A stretch of 60,195 nt of DNA, the filler included, from Globobulimina sp. (lineage: Eukaryota), in NCBI GenBank assembly GCA_003354225.1. It is 8 parts of 8 records of this genome, joined end to end, with 100 filler letters (N's around TTAATTAATTAA, not from the genome) between each part and the next. Parts side by side here need not be neighbours in the genome. Positions count along the whole stretch, not along the records: positions 52,801 to 60,195 come from PIVH01000159.1; 7 more parts are not named here. One strand, 5' to 3'. The position numbers were made by a program, and so were the translations under genes. The notes under the pieces are model-generated. The model searched no databases and was not told the DNA's origin. It saw only the letters and a program-made list of their open reading frames with translations. This document shows, piece by piece, positions 58,730 through 60,195 of this stretch (the first letter of the stretch is position 1; each line of letters opens with the position of its first letter).

Positions 58730-60195
58730 TTACAAGCAATTAAGATTATCAATATCAATTTTCAGATCACCAAACAATAGATCCCATCTTAGAGAAGGAG
58801 CTTTATGATATTTATAAATATTCAATCGAACATATCTCGCTTTAATATATCTAGCAAACATATAAACTTTAACAGTTTGGTTATCTTTGCATGATAATTT
58901 ATTTAAACTATCACCACTTAATTGTATTTTCCTCCATTCATCATTTGCCTTATTTGATACGGTTAATACCCCCTTTGTAATATATTCGTCTGCATCTGCT
59001 TTCCCTTGAATTGCTACTGCAAAAATAGTTGTTATTTTGCCTAAATCCGCTTGGATCCAATGTACTGCATTCACATTCTCTGCTTTATTTTTGTAATCTG
59101 CCGTCCATCCATACTTACTATTTAATTTACACCTTTTCGCACTGGTTTTTTTACGATGTACTGATGAGGCAATAAAATGATTGCTTGGTAGCTTAACAAA
59201 ACCATGGCATTTCCCACATGTACCAAACTGTCCAACGTCGTATAATAATTTATGTAAATCTAAATAATTATCAATCCACGAAACTTCTTTCTCTTCGTTG
59301 TAATTATAGTCACTGTCGGAATCACTTGTCATTAAGCCATCCGATCCAATGCCACTCCATTGTGTCTGTTGTATGGCCATTGTGTCTGTTTGAGGTGGCA
59401 CTAAATCAAATACGTCTGGCTGCGATCCGATAGAATCCCGAGACATCATCTCCAATCTTTGTTGTTTGTAATGTTCAAGTTCAAATTTATGATTTATACG
59501 AATCAATTCATCCAATACACTTTCTGCGGCATGGCCATCTCCGCTCTCTTGATTTATAATAAACAATTTCTTGATCCATACATCCAAAGTAATGGTTGGA
59601 TTCGGTGATAAGTTCATTTCCTTTACGGACTGTAGCACCATATCTGGCGATACAAATTCTGCGCCAATCTCGGAAATGATACATTTCGATAACTTTGAGG
59701 GTGTAATGTTTTTAGACCCACACAATTTGCGGATCTCACGATAAACAAATTCAATTTCTAACGGATTATTGATTAATGTCCATATTTTATTTGAGAGTCT
59801 GCTCACTGTTTTTTCCATTTCGTCAATCCTTAAACCAATAAAAAACTCCACAGCATCTTCATCGTCACGCAACAACTTCACTTCCTGCATCTCATTACAT
59901 TGCCGAATGCAAGATATAAAATATTTGCTCCCGGTCAATGTCAGTTTGCCCGTCTCGTAATCGCTATATTCACTGTATATACCATACACATCCACGAAGG
60001 AATTGATTATCACCATATAATCATCAAAGTAAGCACCGCCGACACCGGTGGCTGTCTTATCCTTCTTATACTTATACTTTCTGCTTAACCGCAACAAGTC
60101 GTTCCATTCATTAATATTTAACAAACCAATTTCATTACACAACAAACCATACAAAACCAACAATATCGCCTGAGAGTAGTCATGATAATATTCCT
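58730..60195 (-). CDS. Protein with C-terminal discoidin (F5/8 type C) domain, 5' end truncated
   Basis: IASS...GWTA...HWIQADLG...AVAIQGK...IKARYVRL...PSLRWDLL; upstream helical region with EF-hand-like patterns. Confidence 0.8.
   Translation of the reverse strand, partial: EYYHDYSQAILLVLYGLLCNEIGLLNINEWNDLLRLSRKYKYKKDKTATGVGGAYFDDYMVIINSFVDVYGIYSEYSDYETGKLTLTGSKYFISCIRQCNEMQEVKLLRDDEDAVEFFIGLRIDEMEKTVSRLSNKIWTLINNPLEIEFVYREIRKLCGSKNITPSKLSKCIISEIGAEFVSPDMVLQSVKEMNLSPNPTITLDVWIKKLFIINQESGDGHAAESVLDELIRINHKFELEHYKQQRLEMMSRDSIGSQPDVFDLVPPQTDTMAIQQTQWSGIGSDGLMTSDSDSDYNYNEEKEVSWIDNYLDLHKLLYDVGQFGTCGKCHGFVKLPSNHFIASSVHRKKTSAKRCKLNSKYGWTADYKNKAENVNAVHWIQADLGKITTIFAVAIQGKADADEYITKGVLTVSNKANDEWRKIQLSGDSLNKLSCKDNQTVKVYMFARYIKARYVRLNIYKYHKAPSLRWDLLFGDLKIDIDNLNCL

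Overview
This window is not one locus. It is eight unrelated contigs of about 7.4-7.5 kb, in roughly descending length order, joined by identical 100-nt linkers (44 N + TTAATTAATTAA + 44 N), so adjacency across a linker means nothing. The DNA is AT-rich, gene-dense and eukaryotic, with short GT-AG introns (about 40-170 nt). The gene content suggests a protist, possibly a foraminiferan/rhizarian (inference). Recognisable host genes: RecQ helicase, S28 peptidase, Mpv17/PMP22, Kelch protein, SEL1L/Hrd3-like protein, ERG4/ERG24 sterol reductase, degenerate Uba3-like E1, sulfotransferase, FAHD1, fimbrin-like protein and a discoidin-domain protein. Highlights: (1) a >=2100-aa intronless Mutator-like DDE transposase fused to a PHD finger, a USP-type deubiquitinase and a GATA-like zinc finger; (2) a multi-gene Mutator-like element in which three genes are each followed by the same ~100-bp element, with conserved boxes at exactly conserved spacing; (3) a bacterial-type creatinase with a mitochondrial-presequence-like leader, next to a phage-like gene; (4) a TupA-like ATP-grasp gene next to a sulfotransferase; (5) four foldback/MITE-like elements. 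All family calls come from motif recognition by eye; no searches were run.
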